Origin: Octopus bimaculoides
Lineage: Eukaryota
Reading direction: 5' to 3'
Length of the DNA stretch: 64,000 bases
NCBI RefSeq assembly: GCF_001194135.2
Contig: NC_068982.1
Coordinates: 93,175,492 to 93,239,491, forward strand
In this document: positions 36,571 to 49,545 of the stretch, one piece after another
How positions within the stretch are numbered: position 1 is the first letter of the stretch
Layout of the letters: the number at the start of each line of letters is the position of its first letter
The notes under the pieces: model-generated
The model's database searches: none
The model's input: the letters and a program-made list of their open reading frames with translations, nothing else
What the model was told of the DNA's origin: nothing
Made by a program: the position numbers and the translations under genes

Positions 36571-37155
36571 AACTGTTATAATTCAAATGTAAATCAAGAG
36601 CCGGGTCAAGTAAGTCATTTCTATCAATATTGGCATTTTCTAACGGAAATATATTAAGAAACTGATCCGCAGCAAAACAAAAATAAATGTTAACTCTCCA
36701 TAAAGAATTATTAATAGAAATAGTTGTTTTGTTTTGTTGTTTCGGAGTTTGTCATCAATCATTGAAATTAATTCTGAAATCCCAAGATGACAAAAATATA
36801 TTACATATTTAACACATAAAAAGGCTGAGCCGACTGGAGGCAGATGAAAAAATGACTCATGTCAGAACTCAAAGATGAGGCGAATAAATTATTAATCATT
36901 TCACACAATGCTACAGGGACTACACAAGATATCAAAAGTATAGCCTTGAAATCTATTTGAAACTACAAAAGATTAAAAAATATATAATCTGTTAGAGCAT
37001 TACTTTTAAAGTGTCTCCAGTGACTAAATTTTTATCAGTAATGAAGCTTTCTAAAATGATAAAGCTTAATGATATAGATCGATTTAATTAAACTTCTAGA
37101 CATATTATATTTACGACTAGTTTTGGAATTTATTCTCTGAGAAGTAAGAACACAT

Positions 37156-37227
<72 letters not shown>

Positions 37228-38476
37228 AAGAAGAAGAAGAAGAAAAAGAAAAAGAAGAAGAAGAAGAAGAAGAAGAAGAAGAAGAAGAAGAAGAAGAAGA
37301 AGAAGAAGAAGAAGAANNNNNNNNNNNNNNNNNNNNNNNNNNNNNNNNNNNNNNNNNNNNNNNNNNNNNNNNNNNNNNNNNNNNNNNNNNNNNNNNNNNN
37401 NNNNNNNNNNNNNNNNNNNNNNNNNNNNNNNNNNNNNNNNNNNNNNNNNNNNNNNNNNNNNNNNNNNNNNNNNNNNNNNNNNNNNNNNNNNNNNNNNNNN
37501 NNNNNNNNNNNNNNNNNNNNNNNNNNNNNNNNNNNNNNNNNNNNNNNNNNNNNNNNNNNNNNNNNNNNNNNNNNNNNNNNNNNNNNNNNNNNNNNNNNNN
37601 NNNNNNNNNNNNNNNNNNNNNNNNNNNNNNNNNNNNNNNNNNNNNNNNNNNNNNNNNNNNNNNNNNNNNNNNNNNNNNNNNNNNNNNNNNNNNNNNNNNN
37701 NNNNNNNNNNNNNNNNNNNNNNNNNNNNNNNNNNNNNNNNNNNNNNNNNNNNNNNNNNNNNNNNNNNNNNNNNNNNNNNNNNNNNNNNNNNNNNNNNNNN
37801 NNNNNNNNNNNNNNNNNNNNNNNNNNNNNNNNNNNNNNNNNNNNNNNNNNNNNNNNNNNNNNNNNNNNNNNNNNNNNNNNNNNNNNNNNNNNNNNNNNNN
37901 NNNNNNNNNNNNNNNNNNNNNNNNNNNNNNNNNNNNNNNNNNNNNNNNNNNNNNNNNNNNNNNNNNNNNNNNNNNNNNNNNNNNNNNNNNNNNNNNNNNN
38001 NNNNNNNNNNNNNNNNNNNNNNNNNNNNNNNNNNNNNNNNNNNNNNNNNNNNNNNNNNNNNNNNNNNNNNNNNNNNNNNNNNNNNNNNNNNNNNNNNNNN
38101 NNNNNNNNNNNNNNNNNNNNNNNNNNNNNNNNNNNNNNNNNNNCTGCTGGTCTGTTTTTTTTCTTTCTTTTTCTGCATAAAATATTTTTTGTAAGCTGGT
38201 AAGTAAACCCAATTTAACATTTTTAAACATTTAAAAGCATTATTTGATAGCTCAAACCTCACGAACACTTGTAGAAAAGTGTATCCTACATCATAAGATA
38301 ATTTCACTTCTTCCATGCATCACGGTTCTTTAAATACACTCAGGGCGGAATATCTCACCGGCTTTGCGAAGGCAATGTTCTGGGAAATCACTACAAAGCT
38401 CAAATCTTGATTCATCACTACAGAGAACTTTTGAACCCACTTTAAAATAGGAAATAAATATTACCTTATATATACA

Positions 38477-38513
38477 GGCGCAGGCGTAGCTGTGTGGTAG
38501 AAGCTTGCTTCCC
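38477..38513 (+). mobile_element. SINE family B head, interrupted
   Basis: ggcgcaggcgtagctgtgtggtagaagcttgcttccc, then an abrupt switch to a different element. Confidence 0.75.
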
Positions 38514-39971
38514 GCGCATGCGTCGGTCTATTCGCTGTGTTGATTTTTGACGAGACAGACGGATTTTTTTGAGCTGCTTGGCAGTGGCTTGTCGGTGAGT
38601 GTTGTACCAGTGGAAAGGAATGTATTCGGACCTTAGCGAGTATGAACTATCCTCAGCGGAGGAGGAGCTCGTTAAGGCAGTAAATAGAATGGACGAGCAT
38701 TTTGAAAGAGTAAAGTGTTTTGCTGATGCTGCAGAAAAAAAAGGGACGTGGACCTAGCCGGACTGAAGGAGTTGTGTAAGATAATACAGAAGGTGGGTGG
38801 TGACGTAAAGTTATTACCCCTGGAAAGGGTCATGGAAAATATGGAAAAGAAGATCATTACCTACAATGTGTACTCAGTGGAGAGTAGGAAAGTGTAGCGG
38901 ATGGAGATGGAAAAAGTAGAAAAAGCATATATAGCGAAAGGAAATGGATATGGGACAGTGGTTGTCCAGTTTAGGACAGCGGAGAAGGCAAAGAGGCTGG
39001 CGAGTACAACGGTAAGAACAGAAGAAGTACTACTTCTACCCACGTACCTTGGAAGAAAGACTTCTAAGGTGAGGGTAGAAGGAATCCCACCCGATATAGA
39101 AGTGGCTTGGGTTGCGGAGGAGGAGGTGGCTGTCCTCCAAGCCATAGAGACGGAGGAAGGAGGGTATAAAGAAAAAAAAAACCATTGGAAATCATCATAC
39201 AAGCGGAGGCGAAGCAGCTGGAAAATTTGGCGGAGAGGTGACGTTGGGAGAAATAGTAATGAGAGTATGGGTAGAGGACAGAGTTCCACGATGCTTTAAA
39301 TGTAGCCAAAAATGCCACATTAGAGCTCACTGTCCTCTACAGAGGAAAACGACAGAAGGAGCAGTGCTGGAGACGGAGGAGAAAAAGGAAGAAGTACAGA
39401 TAGATGGAAGGAACAAGGAGGATGAATGGACAGTGACAGAGAATAAAAGGAAAAAGAGAAAGAAGAGGAAGAACAGTCAGTGTGATGTGGGACCCCAGAC
39501 CATCTCCATCCTACCCAAGACCACTCAGACCCACCCATCCCATACAGACAACAAACCTACCCATCCCCTCTCTTCACTAGAAAAAAGAATAAAGAACATA
39601 CACAGCAAAATTTACAAGACCCCCTCCCCCGGTGAAAAAGGTTACGTATACATGGAAGAGAGAGTGTTGTCACTCAGCGATGGGGAAAACAGTAAATGAA
39701 AGACTAGATCAAAGACTAAAGAGGACTCAAGGCTCAGAGGTGGCGAGTGGTGTTACTCGGTGTGGGGTAAGTAACACACTTTTCATATTCTCATTTCTCA
39801 AGTTATCATTCATGTATCATTATTAAATATTTTGATTTTAATGGTTTTTGTGTTCATTTTCATGTGTCATTCATAGCATCATATTTTTTATTTTAATTGT
39901 CATATGTCCCCACATGTGTTGTAGTGTACCCTCTATGTAATGCATTTATAGCAATTTAAAAGAAATAAAGA
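38514..39971 (+). mobile_element. L1/Tx1-like element with gag-like ORF1 (CCHC zinc knuckle) and no ORF2
   Basis: GYGTVVVQFRTAEKAK...LLPTYLGRKTSKVRVEGIPP and VPRCFKCSQKCHIRAHC (CX2CX4HX4C). Followed by a pyrimidine-rich 3' UTR-like tract and an A-rich end (gaaataaaga) at a gap. Confidence 0.75.
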
Positions 39972-41100
39972 NNNNNNNNNNNNNNNNNNNNNNNNNNNNN
40001 NNNNNNNNNNNNNNNNNNNNNNNNNNNNNNNNNNNNNNNNNNNNNNNNNNNNNNNNNNNNNNNNNNNNNNNNNNNNNNNNNNNNNNNNNNNNNNNNNNNN
40101 NNNNNNNNNNNNNNNNNNNNNNNNNNNNNNNNNNNNNNNNNNNNNNNNNNNNNNNNNNNNNNNNNNNNNNNNNNNNNNNNNNNNNNNNNNNNNNNNNNNN
40201 NNNNNNNNNNNNNNNNNNNNNNNNNNNNNNNNNNNNNNNNNNNNNNNNNNNNNNNNNNNNNNNNNNNNNNNNNNNNNNNNNNNNNNNNNNNNNNNNNNNN
40301 NNNNNNNNNNNNNNNNNNNNNNNNNNNNNNNNNNNNNNNNNNNNNNNNNNNNNNNNNNNNNNNNNNNNNNNNNNNNNNNNNNNNNNNNNNNNNNNNNNNN
40401 NNNNNNNNNNNNNNNNNNNNNNNNNNNNNNNNNNNNNNNNNNNNNNNNNNNNNNNNNNNNNNNNNNNNNNNNNNNNNNNNNNNNNNNNNNNNNNNNNNNN
40501 NNNNNNNNNNNNNNNNNNNNNNNNNNNNNNNNNNNNNNNNNNNNNNNNNNNNNNNNNNNNNNNNNNNNNNNNNNNNNNNNNNNNNNNNNNNNNNNNNNNN
40601 NNNNNATGTGACCATCATCCAACTTTCTTTTCCTCACGTTTTCATGTTTCTTTTCCTTCAGGACTGTCCTAAGGACTGGACGTATTCTATCTCTCTCTTC
40701 TATCTTTTCTCTTTTCAAAGAATATATTTCTCCAGCGTTCGCTATTTTAACCTCGTTCTGGTCTAACGACCCTCCATGTTTGTTTTCGTTCGGTTTCCTT
40801 GTATGTCTCCACTATCCTGTTTTTGTTCCCAACTTTGACCCTCCATAAATCTAAACTTTTACTTTGGTACTTATGGGAGCAACTGTCTTCGAAGACTCAT
40901 ATTGTCGTTCAATGCTCTCAATGAGGAGTAGATAGACAGCCAATAACCGATGAAGTGTCGTTCTTTGTGTTACTTGTCCTGTTTTACATCTGTTTCTCTC
41001 GTTGTTTGCGCATTGAACTCATTTGTTTTCGTATTTCATGTTGTTTACTGTTGGTGACGTTCTGTACCCATACATACATACATGCATACATACATATATG

Positions 41101-41134
<34 letters not shown>

Positions 41135-41164
41135 CATTTATATATGTATATATACATACATACA

Positions 41165-41224
<60 letters not shown>

Positions 41225-41419
41225 TACATGCATACATAAATATATATGTGTGTGTTTATATAAGTACATAAGTATGTATGTATGTATGTATGTATGTATG
41301 TATGTATGCATGTATAAAAGATTACTATCAGCACATTAAGCATTTCACCTCTGTCGCATCAACTTTCCTTTATTAGTTATTTTGGATCAATGCATCTTAC
41401 TTCTTCGCCGTCATCGTTA

Positions 41420-41532
<113 letters not shown>

Positions 41533-42589
41533 TTCAACCGCTTAAACGTAAGCGAAATTTGAATTTCCCAGACTAAAGTTGCTTGCTTGCAGTATAACTT
41601 CTCCTGAATCATGCGAGCAGAAAAAAAGAAGACAAACAGTATGAACTACAGAATGGATGGAAAGGCATCTGGTATGACGTCGCTGTGACTGGGTATGCTT
41701 TTTGGTTTTGTTTGCTACTTTCTTTTACTTATTTAATTTTCCAAGGTGAGGATGATTTTGTTTCTGTCCTTTTCTATTAATTTTTTTGTTTTTTATCTTT
41801 TGTTTTAATGTTGATTTCTTTCTCATCATGTTTTCCCCTGTTGTTTTTAGTCACATCTCAGAAGTGTTTGCCTGGCTGAATAACATGTTTGTTTCTTCAG
41901 TACACACACAAATGAAATGAAGCTAAAATAAACCGTTTACACAAAGTATCTTTACACTTACGTGGGAAAATAAAAAGTCAAAAAGCAAAAAAAAAAGAAA
42001 ATTTAAAAAAAATGGATTCGTAACTCACACGCTCATACAAGTACACACAGACACAGAGACGCATACATATGTATATTCGTACACATACAGAGGCACAGAC
42101 ACATATATATGCACACACAAACGAGCAGACAACGGTTAATATTATTCTGCAGATGTTCACTAGGGAGTGGAAATAGGAAGCTGTAGCGTTCATGCTTCTA
42201 CCAAAGATATTAATGACTAGTGATGATTGGAACGCTTCCATCTTGGAATCGAAACTAGGTCACAAACATAGTTTGTCGAACTTTAAGCTTCAAACTAGAC
42301 AGCTAATTATTGATACATATAAAGCCTTCGAGCATCACGCAACCTGTTTTTTTTTGTTTTGTTTTCTTTTGTGTTTCCCAAATTACAACCAGATCTTGTT
42401 TTCATTTGCCAAATGATTTCTTTTGATTTTATGAAATCCTCCGTGCCACCACCCCTGAATGATAAGCAGTAATTCCGTGGAAAAGCTTCCGCATTGCAAT
42501 CAGATTTACATCCGACTCCACACTGCACTCACTCAGCAAAATCCCTCCAAAGTTTTCCTTTTTCACTCTTCTAGGCTTGTCACAATGAA

Positions 42590-43070
42590 CACATATATAC
42601 CCGTTATGAAAACATCTCAGGTAGCTTCAGACAAACTTGTCTACCTATGCGGTACAGTTCTTTCCATTAACTTCAACCTGTACCTCAGAAATAATCCTTG
42701 TCCTCGCTAAACTCTTTAATATCTCGCCCTACTCTTTCTCTCTTCCTTTCCCTGTATCTTTTCTCTCTCCCTCCCCCATCTCTCTGTCTGTCTGTCTATC
42801 TTTCTCTCTCTCTCTCGCTCATTTTCTCTGGGGATCCATCCTGGTCTTTGAAAATATGTTTCATCCTCAAGAAGAGTAACTTCTCTGACCCTACTAACTT
42901 CCAGCATCTATTCATTCTTACCTTGGCTATATCAAATGTAAAAAAGAAACAGTAATTAGTAATCGCATTCTCCAGCATTTTGAGTTCAACTATCTCCTCA
43001 ATGACCAAAAGTACAGTTCCCTTAGAGCCAGATTTACAGAAAAGCTGTTGTCCTATGTCAATCACTAATA
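42590..43070 (-). mobile_element. Possible ancient LINE RT relic interrupted by (CT)n
   Basis: Weak motifs: LLVIEEIV, TLLEDET, VQVEVNGK...VDKFV. Confidence 0.3.
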
Positions 43071-43588
43071 GTCCCTCAATCTTCCGATGATATTTACACG
43101 AAGACGGCGGCTACGAGCTGGTTAAATTACAACCTTTTTTAATGATGTTGGTCTTTTCAATATCAATATATCTAAAAGGGAAAGGCAAGTGGTTTCATTA
43201 TCATGTCAGAAGCATAAACTAAGATAAGTGTACCCGCACAAAAATTCTTATTGATGTAATTCCGGCATAGAAACGTCCATTAAACGACATTTGAAAGAAA
43301 GTGTGCTATGGGAAGTAAATTCTTCACGCTTATTATTCTATAAACAGATGAACCTCAACTCAGTATACAATCGTCATATTCTTGGACATGTATTTCTGGG
43401 TTAAAATAAAGCTAGAGAGCTTACTATTTACAATACATGTCATTTAATGGTTGACTCCAACAAAAACATACATGATAAACAGCTACTGACAGTCAAATAT
43501 TTGAAGGGCAGGTAAGCCGTATAGTACCGAGCTTCTTTGTGTTATATGGGTAAGCCGAATAGAGTAGTAAACTACATTTTGTACTTCA

Positions 43589-43775
43589 GTAGGTATTTCA
43601 ATAAATGGGTGCAAGTATGGCTGTGAGGTTAATAATTTCGCTTCGTAAGTACGAGGTCTTAGGTGAGATCTCATCGCTTGTTATCACAGGTAAATGTTTT
43701 CTACGGTAGCCCCGGCGTGATACAAACCTTGTGAGCGAAACTGATTTAGATGGAAATTGTGTGGAAGCTCGCCGG
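43589..43775 (+). mobile_element. Degraded SINE family B 5' half
   Basis: gggtgcaagtatggctgtgaggttaa...aaaccttgtgagcg...gatggaaattgtgtggaagctcgccg. Confidence 0.6.
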
Positions 43776-45105
43776 ATGGACAGTAACAGTAATTGTATCA
43801 CTCTGGTTCTACCTGAGGATTAAGTTTGGAGTAGACGAGAGTATGAAATACTTGGGCATTTACACTGTATTTCAATGAATAGATAGATCAGTTGATTTTA
43901 AAGGCTGTTTCGTAGCCTAAAATGGAATGTTGATCATCCAAAGCGAAGGAATATCCAGTGAAATTTATTATTCAATGAATATAAATTAGAAGCAACTTGG
44001 AAAATATTTACAGACACAAATACATGCCACAGTTTTATACAGAAATTACCTCGTTGGCACCAGTAACATCGTAGAAATACTCCTATGAGTTTGAACGATC
44101 GAGTAGAAGTACTTTTGTGAGTCCAGATGATCCCGTATAGATATCCTTGTGGGTGCAGTTGATCTCCAGGAGGTACCCTCTGGGCTCAAGTGGGCGTAGA
44201 GGTACCTTAAAGGGTTCGAGTAACTGCGTATGGGAACTCTCGCGGGTTAGTACTAGAGTTTCTTCTTTAGTTGAACGCCTCACGAGCCAACGAGAAAACT
44301 TCTAAGTCGTTTACCAACTCCTAGAAGCATCAGGCTTCTTCCAAATACATCCTGCCGTATTGAAATGATGTTGGAAATATTGGCAATAGCAGTCCTACAT
44401 GCACTATAACGAAAACAAAAGACGGTATAGGTACTTCTAAACTGCTTTTCATCACGATCAAATATTACTGGGGGCTAAATGACAACAATAGCAATGATCA
44501 ACTAAAAGCAACAAAAAAAAAAGAGAGAAAAGAAAGGAAATAAAATAAAAATAAGGGAAGAAAAACAGAAGTGGAAAGAGAATAGCCAAAACTAACGAAC
44601 CAACAAATTAACGATAATTTGACAGCATTGCAATTTTCTTAATATATATCTTGTATTTTTTTGAGCGAATGATTTTGACTAATGACTTCACACATTTTCT
44701 AATTGCAAGAATTATTCCGTCGCAATAGTCACCGTTATCTCTCCAACCTTTCTCTAACTTGAAAATCAGCCACTCATCGCAAATATGCACACGCCCCCAC
44801 CTCATGAGAAACTCCAAATTTTTTTCTGCTTTATACTAGTTTTTTCTTCAATAAATGTTAAACTCTCAATCACACCTCTCTTTTTCTCTCTCTGTTTCGC
44901 TCTCCATCTTGTTTCTGACACCCATATATTCATTATAAATACACCGACATATACATATAAATAAATATTTGTGCGTGTGTGCGTGTCTGTGTGTATACAC
45001 AGACACACACATATATAAATATGTAAGTATATTTTTGTATATTTGTGTATATATATTTGTGTATTTGGTTTACAAGATTCTTTATGTGAATTCGTGAGTT
45101 GAAGC

Positions 45106-45378
45106 ATATTTTATTGTCTGGAGAGAGTCATTCTCTTTTAGTGCTTTATTATTTAACACACTCACTTCAATTTCCACTCAGTTACTTATTTATTTTTTCT
45201 AATATTTTCAATATGCGTCTTGCGACCTTTTCAATAGTAACGACTTTTGAAAAGGTTGCAAGACGCAATCAAAATTTTAGAAACAATAAATAAGTAAATG
45301 AGTGGAAATCGAACCAGTGAGTGTGTTAAATTATAAGGCGCTAAAAGAGAATGATTCTCCCCAGACACAATAAAATAT
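45106..45378. mobile_element. Foldback/MITE-like element, about 130-bp arms with about 11-nt spacer
   Basis: atattttattgtctggagagagtcattctcttttagtg...gcgtcttgcgaccttttcaa / ttgaaaaggttgcaagacgc...ctaaaagagaatgattctccccagacacaataaaatat. Confidence 0.9.
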
Positions 45379-46059
45379 ATTATAATAATTATAAGCTTTA
45401 AACTTTTAAGCGTTTGCCGTGTATTGACTTAAGAAAATAATTTAATATTGGGGCATATAAGCCCTCGACGGAAAAAGTGGGTATTAGTACGCAACACTAT
45501 GAAATTATAGTTATTAAATCGAATGAGAAAGAATTGGTTGGTAAGTTGGTGAAATCAGTCAGCACACTTATTGCGAATATAAGAGGTGTGGTTTCGATTC
45601 TCACACGTCCCAATACTCGCTTTCTCATACCAAGTCGAGGACTTATATACTCCAATATTAGACTATTTTCTTTAGCCAATACACGCTGAAAGCTTATTAT
45701 TATTTACGGAATTTTCACTCGTCACCTTTTTTTTGCATCTAATGCATAATATATATACATATTCCATACAAGTCGGGAGAGATTGAAAAATAAGAAATGA
45801 GAAGCGTTTTTCTTTTTGCGGTGAATTAATTCCAGTCAAATAATTTTAATTACAGTCAAAATTTCAAAATACAAGAAAAACAGATTGAAAAACAGTTATT
45901 ATAGTTGAATTATTTCATAAGCCATTATTACATATTCTGAAGCATCAAATCTTATTCAAATTACATTACCGCAATCAAATCGCTTCAAGATTACAAATTA
46001 TGAAGAACATTGAGATAATTTCAAAATATCTAATTAAACTCTTCAAGGCTCATCCTTTA

Positions 46060-46434
46060 TATTTTATCTTTTACTTGTTTCAGGCATTAGACTGCGGCCA
46101 TGCTGAGGCACCGCCTTGAAGAATTTTAGTCGAACGAATTGACCCTAGTACTTATTTTCATTTTTAAAACCTGGTATTTATTCTATCATCTCTTTTGCCG
46201 TCTAAGTGGTTGGAAAAACACCAATACCGGTTGACGAGCAGTGGTGGGGGACAAACATAGACACAAAGACACGCACACAAACATAAGTATTCAGTTTCCG
46301 TCTACCAAATCCACTTACAAAGCTTTGGTCGGCCCGAGGTTATAGTAGAAGACACTTTTCTAAGGTGCCACGCAGTAGGACTGAAACCCGAATCATGCAA
46401 CTGGGAAGCAAACTTTTTACCATACAGCTGCGCC
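46060..46434 (-). mobile_element. SINE family B, near full length
   Basis: Reverse complement of the head ggcgcagctgtatggtaaaaagtttgcttccc through to the 3' gaaacaagtaaaagataaaat. Confidence 0.85.
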
Positions 46435-48420
46435 ATAATTACAAAACTACATGAAAGCATATGATTTGAAATCGGTTTTTACTTCTTACAGAAGAATTCA
46501 TTGCCGTGTACGCGGGTAATGTCTTGCTATAGAGCATCAACCGGAAGTAACCACGTTATAGACTCACTAGGTAACAAGGGCTGTAATATTGTATATGTTA
46601 TTAGATTCAAATTAAGTATAGGTGTAAATTTTTGTGCTTTTAATTATTCAAAAATTTGAGAGGAAATTTATCTTATAAATATTAGAAAATTGGAAATAGG
46701 TGTTAGTATTTGGTTAATGATTTAAACTTGGTTTATAATTTACTATAGAAAGTTTCTTTATTAGTTCTTGGTTGTATCATCATATTTTTTGTGGGAAAAG
46801 TTTAAAATCTTGTTTCTTGCACGTGTATTTAAATGCTTACTGATTTTGAATTTTCTTAGCTTTAAGATCACGTATCTGTTGTCGGTGAACCGTACTGCGT
46901 TTTCTATGTGACATGTTTATTTGGTCAAATTAATTCTCACCATACCAACAATATGTTATGGTGTGAAAAGTTTATTTTAATTTTAGAATTAACCCATTTC
47001 TGAAGTGGAAAACAATTTGATCTTCCGCATTTTTTAACTGTCAGGTTTTGTGTGTTATGTTGGTAAGTAGTTGAACATTTGTTGAAATTTTTTTCAATAA
47101 ATGTGTTTTCCACTTTTAATTATTTATGGTTTTCAAAGAATCTCCTCATAGTAAGATTACGCTTTAACAAGGGTAAATTATTTTCATTGCATTAAAGCCC
47201 TCGGTATCCCTAATGTTGTTGATTGAGATGTACAATAAAATAGTTGTTTCTCCTTGGATTTTTACAGTTCTGAAATCACTGATATCAATTGGCTCTACTC
47301 TTTCGATTATTTTAATAATTAACAATGGTGGATGACGTCTATTAATCAGAATATCTTTTAGTTCATTTAGTCGTTTCTTTCGGATGTTTGGATTTGATTC
47401 AATGATGAATATTCATTTTACTAGATTACACGGGATATCAATATACGTGTGCTTTCCGTGGCATAAAATAAAAAGTAAATTGGTTTATAATATACATCTC
47501 TCTAAATTCCATTTTGTGTTTTTACTTTTTTATATGTTAAAGGAAAATTTATCCTTGCGATATTCCATAGTAAAGTTGATGTTCTTGTTAATATTGTCTA
47601 TGAGAGTCATATGTTTATGTATGTGTGTGTGTGTGTACATACATATGTGTATGTATGCATAAACATATGCATATATATATATATATATATANNNNNNNNN
47701 NNNNNNNNNNNNNNNNNNNNNNNNNNNNNNNNNNNNNNNNNNNNNNNNNNNNNNNNNNNNNNNNNNNNNNNNNNNNNNNNNNNNNNNNNNNNNNNNNNNN
47801 NNNNNNNNNNNNNNNNNNNNNNNNNNNNNNNNNNNNNNNNNNNNNNNNNNNNNNNNNNNNNNNNNNNNNNNNNNNNNNNNNNNNNNNNNNNNNNNNNNNN
47901 NNNNNNNNNNNNNNNNNNNNNNNNNNNNNNNNNNNNNNNNNNNNNNNNNNNNNNNNNNNNNNNNNNNNNNNNNNNNNNNNNNNNNNNNNNNNNNNNNNNN
48001 NNNNNNNNNNNNNNNNNNNNNNNNNNNNNNNNNNNNNNNNNNNNNNNNNNNNNNNNNNNNNNNNNNNNNNNNNNNNNNNNNNNNNNNNNNNNNNNNNNNN
48101 NNNNNNNNNNNNNNNNNNNNNNNNNNNNNNNNNNNNNNNNNNNNNNNNNNNNNNNNNNNNNNNNNNNNNNNNNNNNNNNNNNNNNNNNNNNNNNNNNNNN
48201 NNNNNNNNNNNNNNNNNNNNNNNNNNNNNNNNNNNNNNNNNNNNNNNNNNNNNNNNNNNNNNNNNNNNNNNNNNNNNNNNNNNNNNNNNNNNNNNNNNNN
48301 NNNNNNNNNNNNNNNNNNNNNNNNNNNNNNNNNNNNNNNNNNNNNNNNNNNNNNNNNNNNNNNNNNNNNNNNNNNNNNNNNNNNNNNNNNNNNNNNATAT
48401 ATATATAGGAAAGAATAAAT

Positions 48421-48800
48421 AGAGTCAAAAGGAAGAGTGAGTACAATTCGACAGCTGTTTAATGACCACTACACATGTTTCGATACAACATAGATCCACA
48501 TATATACAAGATTTAAATTTAAATTAAGTAACGGTTTATCTGTATAATTGGACCTAATTGTATCTCTTCAGACGATATAAAATCGCTGTCTCCGTAAGTC
48601 AGTGTTTAATTTCGATGCTCTTACATCCAACTTGCTCCGTTAATATCACCCGAAGACATGCAACTAGGTCCAATTATACAGGTAGACCGTTACTTAATTT
48701 AAATTCAGATCCTGTATATATGAGGATCTATGTTGTATCGAAACATGTGTAGTGGTCATTAAACAACTGTCGAATCGTACTTCCTCCTCCTTTTGACTCT
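48421..48800. mobile_element. Foldback element, about 150-bp inverted arms with about 75-bp spacer
   Basis: agagtcaaaagg...ggacctaattgtatctcttcag / cccgaagacatgcaactaggtcc...ccttttgactct. Confidence 0.9.
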
Positions 48801-49432
48801 TCCTTTCCTTTTTATTTTTCACACACGAGGAATGCCTAAGCCTAGAATTGGTAGTATACCATAATACTGCCGGGTATCTGGTAATTCTAAGGGTGAAGAG
48901 CTCTATTTAGTACTCTAATACGTTCTTAACGGAATACACCACAACATATATATATATATATATATANNNNNNNNNNNNNNNNNNNNNNNNNNNNNNNNNN
49001 NNNNNNNNNNNNNNNNNNNNNNNNNNNNNNNNNNNNNNNNNNNNNNNNNNNNNNNNNNNNNNNNNNNNNNNNNNNNNNNNNNNNNNNNNNNNNNNNNNNN
49101 NNNNNNNNNNNNNNNNNNNNNNNNNNNNNNNNNNNNNNNNNNNNNNNNNNNNNNNNNNNNNNNNNNNNNNNNNNNNNNNNNNNNNNNNNNNNNNNNNNNN
49201 NNNNNNNNNNNNNNNNNNNNNNNNNNNNNNNNNNNNNNNNNNNNNNNNNNNNNNNNNNNNNNNNNNNNNNNNNNNNNNNNNNNNNNNNNNNNNNNNNNNN
49301 NNNNNNNNNNNNNNNNNNNNNNNNNNNNNNNNNNNNNNNNNNNNNNNNNNNNNNNNNNNNNNNNNNNNNNNNNNNNNNNNNNNNNNNNNNNNNNCACACA
49401 CATACACAAACACAAACATACACAAACATATA

Positions 49433-49470
<38 letters not shown>

Positions 49471-49511
49471 AGTATGTATATGTGTGTGTGTATGTGTGCG
49501 TGAGTATGTAT

Positions 49512-49545
<34 letters not shown>

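Noticed and set aside
40607-41070. Possible Penelope-type terminus (ccgatgaag at about 40947)
   Set aside because: The core is not CTGATGA, no closing GAAA stem was found and there is no protein motif; too weak to call.
41598-41745. Plus-strand open frame KQYELQNGWKGIWYDVAVTG with possible donors
   Set aside because: Weak acceptor, an upstream in-frame stop, and no recognisable homology.
46490-46560. ETS-like AACCGGAAGT motif with a minus-strand ATG and GTAAGA donor (possible promoter/first exon)
   Set aside because: Short motifs are expected by chance, and the phase does not join the 44403 acceptor.
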